This document shows, one piece after another, positions 49,960 to 59,786 of a stretch of 64,000 bases of DNA (position 1 is its first letter; each line of letters starts with the position of its first letter). The DNA is taken from the NCBI GenBank assembly GCA_030680835.1, contig JAUXUD010000033.1, positions 19,572 through 83,571 on the forward strand, written 5' to 3'. Under the pieces are notes generated by a model. It had not been told where the DNA came from and searched no databases. It saw only the letters and a list, made by a program, of their open reading frames with translations. A program made the position numbers and the translations under genes. The stretch comes from Bacteroidota bacterium (GTDB taxonomy: Bacteria; Bacteroidota; Bacteroidia; UKL13-3).

Positions 49960-51576
49960 ATGATTCAGGAAGAACTATTAAAAAAACGCAGAACCTTTGG
50001 TATTATCAGTCACCCCGATGCAGGTAAAACCACATTAACCGAAAAGTTTTTGTTGTTTGGCGGTGCCATTCAAACTGCCGGGGCGGTTAAAAGCTCCAAA
50101 ATTAAAAAGTCGGCTACCTCCGATTTTATGGAAATTGAAAAGCAGCGTGGAATTTCGGTCGCTTCGTCGGTGATGGGTTTCGATTACAAAGGTTACAAAG
50201 TAAATATTTTAGATACACCCGGTCACAAAGATTTTGCTGAAGATACCTACAGAACTTTAACAGCGGTTGACAGTGTAATATTGGTTATTGACTGTGTTAA
50301 AGGCGTAGAAGAACAAACCCGCAAACTCATGGATGTGTGCCGTATGCGTCATACCCCCGTTATTATTTTCATTAATAAATTAGATCGTGAAGGCCAGGAT
50401 CCTTTTGATTTGCTGGATGAAATTGAAAAGGAACTGAATATTCATACCCGCCCGCTGAGCTGGCCCATTGGAATGGGTTCAAGCTTTAAAGGGGTTTATA
50501 ATTTGTTTGAAAAAAAGCTGCAATTGTTTAGTCCGGGTAAAAATAAATTAACCGATGAGGTGTATCAGATTAACGATTTAAATTCGTCTGAACTGGATGC
50601 GCATATAGGAGATAAACCGGCAAAAAAATTGCGTGAGGATGCTGATTTGATAGAGGGAGTTTATGAACCTTTTGATAAAGAATTATATCTGGAAGGATAT
50701 CTGGCCCCGGTATTTTTTGGTTCGGCCATTAACAATTTCGGGGTAAAAGAATTGCTCGATACCTTTGTTCAGATTGCTCCCGAGCCTCAGTCGCGCCAAA
50801 CAGATTTGCGTGAAGTGATGCCTGCTGAAGATAATTTTTCCGGTTTTATTTTTAAAATACATGCCAATCTGGATCCGAACCACCGCGACCGGATTGCTTT
50901 TTGCAGGGTGGTGTCGGGCAGGTTTGAACGCAATAAATTTTATAAGCATACGCGTCTGGATAAGAAGTTCCGGTTTTCGAGTCCTACCAGTTTTATGGCC
51001 AACGAAAAAAGTGTTATTGACGAAGCTTACCCCGGCGATGTGGTGGGTTTATACGACACCGGAAACTTTAAAATAGGGGATACACTTACCGAAGGCGAGA
51101 TGATAAATTTTAAGGGCATCCCAAGTTTTTCACCCGAGATTTTTAAGGAACTCATCAATAAAGATCCGATGAAAACCAAGCAGCTTGAAAAAGGTATTTT
51201 GCAGTTGACCGATGAAGGGGTAGCGCAGTTATTTTCGCGGCAGCCCGGTAATATAAAAATTGTTGGAACGGTAGGTGAACTTCAGTTTGATGTGGTACAG
51301 TTTCGATTATTACATGAGTATGGAGCATCCTGCGAATTCCGTCCTTTAAATTATCAGAAAGCATGTTGGTTTACCACTACTGATAAAAAAGCACTGGCTG
51401 ATTTTAGCTTAATAAAAGGGCATCATATTGTTAAAGATAAAGAAGGCCGGTTGGTATTTTTAGCCGACAGCATGTGGTCGGTTCAAATGGCTCAAAGCAA
51501 TTACCCGAGTATTAACTTTTATTTCACTTCGGAGTTTAAGAACGCGGATGAAACTGCGGTTATAGGGAAGTATTAG
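49960..51576 (+). CDS. prfC: Peptide chain release factor 3
   Basis: [43 protein letters not shown]. Confidence 0.97.
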   Translation: MIQEELLKKRRTFGIISHPDAGKTTLTEKFLLFGGAIQTAGAVKSSKIKKSATSDFMEIEKQRGISVASSVMGFDYKGYKVNILDTPGHKDFAEDTYRTLTAVDSVILVIDCVKGVEEQTRKLMDVCRMRHTPVIIFINKLDREGQDPFDLLDEIEKELNIHTRPLSWPIGMGSSFKGVYNLFEKKLQLFSPGKNKLTDEVYQINDLNSSELDAHIGDKPAKKLREDADLIEGVYEPFDKELYLEGYLAPVFFGSAINNFGVKELLDTFVQIAPEPQSRQTDLREVMPAEDNFSGFIFKIHANLDPNHRDRIAFCRVVSGRFERNKFYKHTRLDKKFRFSSPTSFMANEKSVIDEAYPGDVVGLYDTGNFKIGDTLTEGEMINFKGIPSFSPEIFKELINKDPMKTKQLEKGILQLTDEGVAQLFSRQPGNIKIVGTVGELQFDVVQFRLLHEYGASCEFRPLNYQKACWFTTTDKKALADFSLIKGHHIVKDKEGRLVFLADSMWSVQMAQSNYPSINFYFTSEFKNADETAVIGKY

Positions 51577-51589
51577 CAACGAAATTTAA

Positions 51590-51838
51590 TTACGAGTTAC
51601 GAGTTACGAGTTACGAGTTACGAGTTACGATGTACGATGTACGATGTACGATGTACGATGTACGATGTACGATGTACGATGTACGATGTACAAATTACGC
51701 AGTACAATATACGAAAATTTAATTTTCTATTTTCTATTTTCTACTTTCTACTTTTTTCAACTCATAACTTATAACTCATAATTAATACCTCATACCTCAT
51801 ACCTCATAACTCATACCTCATACCTCATACCTCATACC
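51590..51838. repeat. Mosaic heptanucleotide tandem arrays
   Basis: (TTACGAG)5, (TACGATG)9, (YTTTCTA)4, then CTCATAA/CTCATAC units, between convergent genes. Confidence 0.92.
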
Positions 51839-51850
51839 TTGCTTTTTTAA

Positions 51851-52597
51851 TCAATCCCCGATCACAAACCTCTTCAGGTACTGCTTGCCATTGTCATTGA
51901 GCTTAAGCAGGTATACGCCTGTATTTAATGGGTTCAGGGCAATTTCTTTTACGGGTTCAAAACTATGGGTTTCTCCTTTTTGAACCAATGCGCCACTGAG
52001 GTTATAAATCTGATAGCTGAAATTTACTGCCGAATTTTGTATATAAACCTGCAAAATATCTTTGGCCGGATTTGGATAAACAAATACCTGCCGGGTTTCT
52101 TTCATTTCGGCAATACCTGCCGGTGTTCTTACTACGATCTGGTACTTGGATGTTGAATCATAAACCGTTTGACCAACAGGAATGGGGCCTAACATTACTT
52201 TGGCATAAATGGTGAGATATACGGTAAGCGGATAATTTCCCCCTTGCAGATGCACTGCTTTTCCTTTTAAAGTTACACAGCCTGTGGTTCCTCCGCTTAC
52301 TGTACAGGTACTGTTATTGCATTGATAAGTAAAGCCTGTGGGCATCCCTTTTACACCGGTTACGGTAATTGAATCAATAGTAGCATCCAGGGTATTTCCT
52401 GAAAACACAACAGTAGTATCTTTGTTAATATAAAATTGAATAATCTGATTGTATTGAACATCAATTTCGGCGGTATCAAGTACCGAAGGATATACACCTG
52501 TTGAATGAATACTTGTATCGGGTGTGCATTGGGCTTTTAATTCAGATGCAAAATTTAGTATTGAAAACACTATTATTGAAAGTATTAATTTTCTCAT
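51851..52597 (-). CDS. T9SS type A sorting domain protein
   Basis: Signal peptide from ATG 52597; C-terminal VYPNPAKD...IYNLSG...GVYLLKL...KRFVI. Confidence 0.9.
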   Translation of the reverse strand: MRKLILSIIVFSILNFASELKAQCTPDTSIHSTGVYPSVLDTAEIDVQYNQIIQFYINKDTTVVFSGNTLDATIDSITVTGVKGMPTGFTYQCNNSTCTVSGGTTGCVTLKGKAVHLQGGNYPLTVYLTIYAKVMLGPIPVGQTVYDSTSKYQIVVRTPAGIAEMKETRQVFVYPNPAKDILQVYIQNSAVNFSYQIYNLSGALVQKGETHSFEPVKEIALNPLNTGVYLLKLNDNGKQYLKRFVIGD

Positions 52598-52610
52598 TGT
52601 TTTAAAATTT

Positions 52611-54914
52611 ATGGCAAGATATAAAATTCTTTTATTTTGTTTCGTCACACTTTTTATAGGGGGTGAAAATTTATTTGCACAAACACAAATATTAGAAGGA
52701 AAAGTATTAGAGACAGATACCAAAATACCCATTCAGGGAGCCATTGTAAAAGCAGGGGTAAATGGCACTGTCACCGATGCTGCGGGAAATTTTAAACTGA
52801 GTATTCCTGTTTCCACAAATGAAAATGAATGGCTCGTTGCATCAATGGTGGGTTATCAGAACTTTGAAATAAAACTCCATTCGATTGCATTTGATAAAAT
52901 TTTTACGATTCTTTTACTTCCTTCAAATCAACTGTTGAACCAAATAGTGGTAACAGCCGGCAGGTATGAGCAATCCATTAAACGCAGTACCGTGAGTACC
53001 GAAGTGATTAAGCCCTGGCTCATTCAAAACCGTTTAACTACCAATATGGATAAACTACTGGATCAAATACCCAGTGTAAGCGTGGTTGATGGACAAATAA
53101 ATATAAGAAACGGAAGTGGCTGGACATATGGAGCCGGTTCAAGAGTAATGGTTTTACTGGATGATATGCCTTTTTTAACAGGAGATGCGGGACAGGTTAA
53201 ATGGAATTTGGTACCTACCGAAAATGTTTCACAGGTGGAGGTAATTAAAGGGGCAAGTTCTGTTTTATATGGTTCAAGTGCACTCAATGGCATTGTACAT
53301 TTCAGAACCCAATTGGCAAGTGATAAACCCATAACAAAAATAAATGTTTTTGGAGGTGCTTATTTTAATCCGAAGCGTCAAAGCATACAATGGAGTGATA
53401 AAATTCAGAAGCAATATGGCTTTAATGCTTTTCACAGTTTTAAAATAAAGAAGGGTCAGTATGGAATCAGTGCAAATTATCTGCGTGATGAAGGGTACCG
53501 GCTGGGTGAAACGGAAAACAGGTTACGCGTATCACTTCATTCTAAATATAAAATCAGTTCTTTTATCAATGCAGGATTCAATGTGGGCATGCTGTTTTCA
53601 AAAGGTGCCTCATTTTTGTTTTGGGAAAATTATGATAAAGGGTATACCGTGATGGATTCAATTGTTACCAATACCGTTTCCAATAATATTTATTTTGATC
53701 CTTATATAAATATTTTTACCGGTTCATTTAAGCATACAATCAGGGCAAGATGGATGTATATCAGCAACGATATACAAAATGCCGACCCGAACATTAATCA
53801 GGATAATTCATCTAAAAATTTGTATGGTGAATACCAGGTTCAAAAGGTATTTGTGGATGTGAATTTAACGTTCACCGGAGGCTTGTCGGGAAGCAGCAAC
53901 CTTTCCAATTCACCTTTGTTTATGGGTACCAACCGCAGCCGGAACCTGGCCGCATTTGTACAATTGGATAAAACATTGTTCAGGAAATTATTTGTAAATG
54001 CAGGTGCACGCTATGAGCATTTTGAAATGAATGGGAAAGCGGAAAGTAAACCTGTGTACCGGGCGGGGGCCAATTATGAACTGAGCAAGGTTACTTTTAT
54101 AAGAGCAAGCTACGGGCAGGGCTATCGTTTCCCGGCAATCGCTGAACGGTATATTCAAACTTCATTCGGATTGTTAAATATTTTTCCCAATCCAAACCTG
54201 CAATCGGAAACCGGATGGAATGCAGAGCTGGGCGTAAAGCAAGGTTTTTCACTCGGTTCAATAAAAGGTTTTATAGATCTGGCTTATTTTTATACACGTT
54301 ATCAAAATATGATTGATTTTAATTTTGGAGTTTGGAAAGCAATCAATTTTACAGACCCTTTTAAAAGTTTTGGTTTTAAAACAGTAAATATTGGTGAAAC
54401 ACAAATCTCGGGTATCGATTTAAGCATTAATGCCGAAGGGAAAATTGGAAAGGTTTTAATCCAGAGCATTTTTGGATACACCTGGTCGAATCCCATTATG
54501 CTCAATCCCGATTATGTTTTTGCAAAAGATTCTTCCAATGTGCAATGGACTTTCAGAAATACCCGTAGCGACAGCACCAATGTGCTCAAATACCGGTTTA
54601 AACATTTGGCTAAATTTGATATACAGGCCACTTATTTAAACTGGCAAGTGGGAAGCAGTTTGCGTTATAACAGTTATATGGAAAATGTTGACTGGGCATT
54701 TGTGGGTCTGCCTTTTTTAAATGGAGTACAGCAAGGAAGAGATGCCAATAAAAAAGGCAATTTTGTTATAGATGCCCGGCTTTCATACCAGTTGAATAAG
54801 TACTATAAATTATCGCTGGTTGTAAATAATATTTTAAATGCCGAAGTGATGACAAGGCCTGCTGATTTAAGACCTCCACGATGGTTTTTGTTGCAGGCTG
54901 GGGTGATGTTTTAA
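52611..54914 (+). CDS. TonB-dependent receptor
   Basis: Signal peptide; carboxypeptidase-regulatory-like N-domain; VEVIKGASSVLYGSSALNG; NPNLQSETG; terminal F. Confidence 0.93.
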   Translation: MARYKILLFCFVTLFIGGENLFAQTQILEGKVLETDTKIPIQGAIVKAGVNGTVTDAAGNFKLSIPVSTNENEWLVASMVGYQNFEIKLHSIAFDKIFTILLLPSNQLLNQIVVTAGRYEQSIKRSTVSTEVIKPWLIQNRLTTNMDKLLDQIPSVSVVDGQINIRNGSGWTYGAGSRVMVLLDDMPFLTGDAGQVKWNLVPTENVSQVEVIKGASSVLYGSSALNGIVHFRTQLASDKPITKINVFGGAYFNPKRQSIQWSDKIQKQYGFNAFHSFKIKKGQYGISANYLRDEGYRLGETENRLRVSLHSKYKISSFINAGFNVGMLFSKGASFLFWENYDKGYTVMDSIVTNTVSNNIYFDPYINIFTGSFKHTIRARWMYISNDIQNADPNINQDNSSKNLYGEYQVQKVFVDVNLTFTGGLSGSSNLSNSPLFMGTNRSRNLAAFVQLDKTLFRKLFVNAGARYEHFEMNGKAESKPVYRAGANYELSKVTFIRASYGQGYRFPAIAERYIQTSFGLLNIFPNPNLQSETGWNAELGVKQGFSLGSIKGFIDLAYFYTRYQNMIDFNFGVWKAINFTDPFKSFGFKTVNIGETQISGIDLSINAEGKIGKVLIQSIFGYTWSNPIMLNPDYVFAKDSSNVQWTFRNTRSDSTNVLKYRFKHLAKFDIQATYLNWQVGSSLRYNSYMENVDWAFVGLPFLNGVQQGRDANKKGNFVIDARLSYQLNKYYKLSLVVNNILNAEVMTRPADLRPPRWFLLQAGVMF

Positions 54915-55220
54915 CTACCAGCTCAGCTCCAAATCACCTACAATTCTGTTATTTATCACATGTTCATCCACTATGCGTTCCACATCATCGGGGGTTACAT
55001 GTCCATAATAAGTGCCATCGGGATAAATAACCAGTGAAGGTCCAAAATCACAGGCATCCAGACAGCCCGAGCGTTGTGCTCTTACTTTTCCTTTCAGTCC
55101 TTTTTTGTTGAGCACTTCCCTGAATTTTACAACCAGTTCCATGCCACGTTGTTCTCCGCAACAAGGTTTACCTTCTGCTTTTTGATTGGTACAGATAAAT
55201 ATATGTTTATCAAATCTCAT
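54915..55220 (-). CDS. Thioredoxin-like [2Fe-2S] ferredoxin
   Basis: HIFICTN...CC, SGCLDACDFGP, IYPDGTYY. Confidence 0.92.
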   Translation of the reverse strand: MRFDKHIFICTNQKAEGKPCCGEQRGMELVVKFREVLNKKGLKGKVRAQRSGCLDACDFGPSLVIYPDGTYYGHVTPDDVERIVDEHVINNRIVGDLELSW

Positions 55221-55236
55221 TTTATTTTATGATTAA

Positions 55237-56112
55237 TTAATTGAGTAATATGGGTTCAAATTTAATTGATTCTGTTCCGGTTTTTTTAATTCCGGGTGCA
55301 GGATAATGATAAAAGTCGAGTATATTTTTTACGGTTTGAACCGTTTTGTTTTTTGTGGTAAACGCACCCAGGTTCCAGTCAAGACCCAGGCAAAATTTTC
55401 GACCAGTAGCCCAATCGGCTATTCCATAACCAAATGCGAGGTTTAAATATTTTGGCCAAAACCGTTTAGCAGGTTTGGCCAACAGATTATTTATATCTGC
55501 GCTTAACCAATAAATATGTCCGCCATAATCGGAAGTTAGCCTCCATTGATAAAAGTTATTATTTATAAAATACCGGGAAGGGAAATAGCTGTATTTAAAA
55601 TTAAAGTTTTTTAAATAAGGAAATTTTTCCTGCGCCAGTCCGTAAGCGATGCCTAGGGTATTTGCTGCCAGGTCGCCGGGAGAAAATTCATAGCTTGAAA
55701 AACCATCTCCAATCTCAATGCTCAAGGCCCATACTAATGGAATTGCTGTACTTACCCATAAGCGTGTTTTGGGATTAAATTCAGCCCAACTCATGAGTTC
55801 ATTTAAGGTTTTAAAATATACATAGGAAGTATAAAAATGACCAACTTTATCTATGCCCAAACTATAATTATTAAAGCCACCATCGGAGCTCATTACAAAG
55901 GGATGATAATTGCCTTCCCACCACCATTTATACTCTAAATAAAACGTTGCGAGCTGATGTGCTGCCAAGGCACCCAATACATATTTTTGCTTTGGAGTAA
56001 GTTGTTTTTTTAAAGGTTGAACAATCGCAACAGAATCATTTACCTGTGCAATTAAATGGGTATTAATTGTAAGATAAGTAATGAAGCATATAAATAAAAA
56101 ATGTTTCTTCAA
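55237..56112 (-). CDS. DUF2279/YfiM-like outer-membrane protein
   Basis: DKVGHFY, EIGDGFS, FSPGDLAAN, DYGGHIYWLS, LNLAFGYG. Confidence 0.8.
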   Translation of the reverse strand: MKKHFLFICFITYLTINTHLIAQVNDSVAIVQPLKKQLTPKQKYVLGALAAHQLATFYLEYKWWWEGNYHPFVMSSDGGFNNYSLGIDKVGHFYTSYVYFKTLNELMSWAEFNPKTRLWVSTAIPLVWALSIEIGDGFSSYEFSPGDLAANTLGIAYGLAQEKFPYLKNFNFKYSYFPSRYFINNNFYQWRLTSDYGGHIYWLSADINNLLAKPAKRFWPKYLNLAFGYGIADWATGRKFCLGLDWNLGAFTTKNKTVQTVKNILDFYHYPAPGIKKTGTESIKFEPILLN

Positions 56113-56114
56113 AG

Positions 56115-56948
56115 CTAAAATTCTAAATAGAGTCCGATGCTTGAAAATTTCCGGAACCCCGTATAATACTGACCCCTTTCTTCAAGGCCTGCCGAATAAT
56201 CACAGGCTATTCGTAAGGCCTTTAAATTCTTTTTTTGAAGCCGGTAACCCAACTGAAAATGATGTGTGTTCTGATAGTTCAGTTCGCCACGTAATTTAAT
56301 ATCGGCTGCATAATATACAGATTGGGTTTTGCTGAACCTAATTGGGGTATGTTCAAATCCAAATTGAATGATAGGGGTGTTTGAGATATTGATTCCGGGT
56401 ACGGTTTTAAAATTATAATTGAAAACGATTCCGCTGTACACAAAAAAATCGTATTTCTTGTTTTTATAAATGCCAAATAACTGATGGTAGTCGCGGGCAT
56501 AATTTGCAAAAACTGCACCTTTGTTTATGGCATCATCGCTTAAATGCTGACTGGTATGTCCGGTACCCAAACGCAGTAAAAAATAATTGGTAATTTTTGC
56601 ATCGAGGTATACATCGGCAAAAAAATCTATGTTTTCAACCGAGCCATGATTGCCGGTACGTTTCAGGCTAAGATAGGTTGAGGCTGCTGCACAAAGCTGC
56701 AATACCTTTTTGTTTTTTTGAACCTGTATGAGCGGGAAAATACCTCCCATACTGCCCAGATAACTATTGTTTCCCAATACTCTTTGAATAGATATCCGGT
56801 GCGCCCTGGCATCTGCTGTAAATAAAGGTACTAGTTTTTTTTGCGGCAATACTCCCCATTTTACCTGAGTAGTATCAATGGTTTGCGCATAATTATTTTT
56901 GAATGAAAAAGTAGAAATGATGATAAAAACCACCAGGAATTTGTTCAT
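56115..56948 (-). CDS. Putative outer-membrane beta-barrel (DUF1207-like)
   Basis: Signal peptide; HTSQHLSD motif; terminal IGLYLEF. Confidence 0.6.
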   Translation of the reverse strand: MNKFLVVFIIISTFSFKNNYAQTIDTTQVKWGVLPQKKLVPLFTADARAHRISIQRVLGNNSYLGSMGGIFPLIQVQKNKKVLQLCAAASTYLSLKRTGNHGSVENIDFFADVYLDAKITNYFLLRLGTGHTSQHLSDDAINKGAVFANYARDYHQLFGIYKNKKYDFFVYSGIVFNYNFKTVPGINISNTPIIQFGFEHTPIRFSKTQSVYYAADIKLRGELNYQNTHHFQLGYRLQKKNLKALRIACDYSAGLEERGQYYTGFRKFSSIGLYLEF

Positions 56949-57034
56949 TTGTCAAATATAAATTTATTAATCAAAAATCCCATTTTCCATTTCATGCCTC
57001 ATAACTGCACCCTATAAATTTGCTTACCCCCTAT

Positions 57035-57058
57035 AGGGCAAATGCAATTTGCCCCTAC
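57035..57058 (-). repeat. REP-like palindrome (second GTAG family)
   Basis: Minus strand GTAGGGGCAAATTGCATTTGCCCT; adjacent (TCATACC)3 at ~57069-57089. Confidence 0.65.
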
Positions 57059-57093
57059 TCGTGTCAATTCATACCTCATACCTCATACCTAAG

Positions 57094-58362
57094 CTAGCTT
57101 AACGCCTTAATCATCGCTTCGGCCTTAAGCAGGCACTCCTCATATTCCTTTTCAGCATCACTGTCAAAAGTAATGGCTGAACCTACCTCGAAATTGAGGT
57201 ATTGAGTGCTTTGGTTGTATTGGATGCTTCGGATTACCACATTGAAATCGAAATCTTCGTTGGGTGCAAAATAGCCCATTGCTCCGCTGTAAACGCCACG
57301 TTTGGAGGTTTCATATTGTTCAATCAATTCCATTGCCATCACCTTGGGAGCACCCGTCATGCTGCCCATGGGGAAGGCATTGCGAATGGCTTCTACCGGA
57401 TGCAAACCATCGGTAATAGTTGAGGATACCGTTGAAATCATTTGGTGTACCTGCTTAAAACTGTAAATACCATATAACTCCTCAACTTTTACACTTCCGG
57501 TAACACTGCTTTTGGCCAGATCATTTCTTACCAGGTCAACGATCATTAAATTTTCGGCCCTCTCTTTTTCAGAATATTGTAATTCTTCCTTCAATTCTTC
57601 GTCTTTTAAAAAGTCATCTGATCGTTTTACTGTACCTTTAATGGGCTGAGAGTAAAGTTTATTGAGCGATTTTTTAATAAAGCGTTCCGGACTGGCACAC
57701 AGGATATACTTATCATTTAACTTAAAAAAAGCACCAAACGGGGTTGGCGAATTGTGTTGCAGGTGAATATATGTTTGAACCGGATTGAGTATCACTTTTT
57801 CTGCAAAAAACTCTACACAATAATTCAATTCATATACATCTCCTTCGATAATATGATTTTTAATGGCCTCCACATTTCTCAAATATACTTCCTTGCTTAC
57901 CTTTTGTTTTAAGATAACCATTTGACGTTTATTGTCCTCGATTTTTTGAACCTTTATCTGCTCCATTATGGCATCGCTTTCCGGGCTCATTACCATCATT
58001 TGTGCATTGCTGTCGATTAAAATTACATGTTGCGGAACAAAAAAATACATAGAAGGAAACTGAATAAAATCATCATGTGCGGATTCCAGTTTTTCGATTT
58101 GATTTTTCAGGTCGTATGAAAAATAACCAAATACCGGGTAGTTTTGAGAATGCTTATCTATAAATGTTTTTAGCCGCTCCCAATCGTCAATCCCATTGCC
58201 TGTAATTGAATCACTAACTCCAGCGGCCATGGCAAATTCAATTTCATGTAAATCAAATGCATTTACACATGAGTTATTATCCAGTATACAGCAAACATCA
58301 AACTGATTGGCCCACTGTACCGCTTGTTGTTTAAAATGTAACGAATCAGTTTTCTTTTTCAT
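57094..58362 (-). CDS. pabB: Aminodeoxychorismate synthase component I (chorismate-binding family)
   Basis: SPERF, PIKGT, ENLMIVDLVRNDL, FPMGSMTGAPK, RGVYSG. Confidence 0.85.
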   Translation of the reverse strand: MKKKTDSLHFKQQAVQWANQFDVCCILDNNSCVNAFDLHEIEFAMAAGVSDSITGNGIDDWERLKTFIDKHSQNYPVFGYFSYDLKNQIEKLESAHDDFIQFPSMYFFVPQHVILIDSNAQMMVMSPESDAIMEQIKVQKIEDNKRQMVILKQKVSKEVYLRNVEAIKNHIIEGDVYELNYCVEFFAEKVILNPVQTYIHLQHNSPTPFGAFFKLNDKYILCASPERFIKKSLNKLYSQPIKGTVKRSDDFLKDEELKEELQYSEKERAENLMIVDLVRNDLAKSSVTGSVKVEELYGIYSFKQVHQMISTVSSTITDGLHPVEAIRNAFPMGSMTGAPKVMAMELIEQYETSKRGVYSGAMGYFAPNEDFDFNVVIRSIQYNQSTQYLNFEVGSAITFDSDAEKEYEECLLKAEAMIKALS

Positions 58363-58399
58363 TTATGATTTATTATGCGATGTCGATGTTAATGTTTTG

Positions 58400-58474
58400 T
58401 TCGACCCCGATGGGGTCGCAGGTTTATAGTAGGTTGCATTTATCCTATAAACCTACGACCCCATCGGGGTCGAA
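58400..58474. repeat. 30-bp-arm inverted repeat whose arms are themselves hairpins
   Basis: TTCGACCCCGATGGGGTCGCAGGTTTATAG / CTATAAACCTACGACCCCATCGGGGTCGAA, one mismatch. Confidence 0.85.
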
Positions 58475-58555
58475 TACAGAATGCATTTCATTTAACGTCG
58501 ACATTGATTTAAGATGTACAATTTACGACACAATATGCGATGTCAGTTTTATAAT

Positions 58556-59515
58556 TCAAACTTCCTGTTTTTTTTGATTGATAATGATGAGCAGAAAAAA
58601 ATAGGATTGCCAGATTATTCTTCCGTCTGCAATAGTAGTGAAATAACTGATTAAATATAAAAGCATTGCACCTAATATTCCGGCTATGGATGCAAGAACG
58701 AGACTATTGGTTTTAATTTCTGTTAAGGGATGGTGTAATAGACTTTTAACAAACAAAAATCCCACCAAACCAAAACTTAGAATAAATGATAACCAGGTAT
58801 GGATTCTGTATAGATTTGTTTGAACGCTGTTAAAACTTGCTTTCCAGAAAACATCTGCCGATACCCCTTCGGAAACCGGAGCCAGCTTGCGTATCAAAAT
58901 ATATTCGAATACTATTAAGATGAAAGCGAACATATGGTATAGAACTATTTTTTTCTGTTGCTTGACCCAATAATAGGTTAGTGAAAATGGGAATAATAAA
59001 ACGATCGTTTCTTTAACCAATAATCCCAGCAATACACTCACATAAAAAAGCCAGATATTTTCTTTAAGTACTGCATAAATACCCATAGAAATAAAGAATA
59101 TAACTCCCGGTTCAACATAACTGATGCAGCTATAATAAAAGGTTGGAAATGACAAAATAAAAAGCCATAAACTTTGCCATATTTTAGATGTCTGAATATT
59201 TAAATGTGCAAGCGTTTTATAAAAAACAAATAAAGCAGCCATTAAAAAAAACAGATTCAATAAATTAATAGAAGTAGCCGGTGAAAATGGGAGCCATGAA
59301 GCCACAAAAGGGGTGAGCATACGCCAGTTGCTGGCTGGTCGCAAAGGCTGCGTTAACGGCTCTCCTCTGAAGTAATGAATATACGATTCAAAATATTTGG
59401 CATCATAAGATACTTGCTTAACAATAATTTGATTGCCATTAAATCGTGGCAATGTAACTGCTAATAAAAGTATAAAACTGATGATACTGTTTTTAATTGT
59501 TGTGTTTTTTTTCAC
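58556..59515 (-). CDS. Multi-pass membrane protein (possibly GT-C-type glycosyltransferase-like)
   Basis: YDAKYF, WRMLTP, LLVKET, DGR; about 9 hydrophobic segments; GTG start. Confidence 0.6.
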   Translation of the reverse strand: MKKNTTIKNSIISFILLLAVTLPRFNGNQIIVKQVSYDAKYFESYIHYFRGEPLTQPLRPASNWRMLTPFVASWLPFSPATSINLLNLFFLMAALFVFYKTLAHLNIQTSKIWQSLWLFILSFPTFYYSCISYVEPGVIFFISMGIYAVLKENIWLFYVSVLLGLLVKETIVLLFPFSLTYYWVKQQKKIVLYHMFAFILIVFEYILIRKLAPVSEGVSADVFWKASFNSVQTNLYRIHTWLSFILSFGLVGFLFVKSLLHHPLTEIKTNSLVLASIAGILGAMLLYLISYFTTIADGRIIWQSYFFLLIIINQKKQEV

Positions 59516-59569
59516 TTGAAAATCTAATAAAAGTAACTATCTATAATTTGTGATGCCTTGTCACTATCC

Positions 59570-59713
59570 TTCGACAAGCTCAGGATGACAACACCCGATT
59601 CGTCTATTGGCGATGGTTTTGGGGAGATTAATTTTTTGTTTTGCAAAAAAATTAATCTCCCCAAAACCATCGCTGAACATAACAAGAAGACCTGTCATGG
59701 TGAGCTTGTCGAA
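59570..59713. repeat. Nested inverted repeats downstream of uvrC
   Basis: Outer arms TTCGACAAGCTCAGGATGACA / TGTCATGGTGAGCTTGTCGAA; inner perfect 28-bp arms at 59610-59637 and 59646-59673. Confidence 0.85.
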
Positions 59714-59754
59714 CCATTGCTTCAGCCTAATCCTAGTTCTAGATTCTGACATAT

Positions 59755-59786
59755 ATCGTACATTGTACATTGTACATCGTACATTA
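59755..59786. repeat. Heptamer tandem repeat (GTACATY)n
   Basis: atc-gtacatt-gtacatt-gtacatc-gtacatt at the uvrC stop. Confidence 0.75.

Noticed and set aside
51590-51838. Heptamer arrays as CRISPR or coding sequence
   Set aside because: Pure short tandem units without spacers; no credible ORF.
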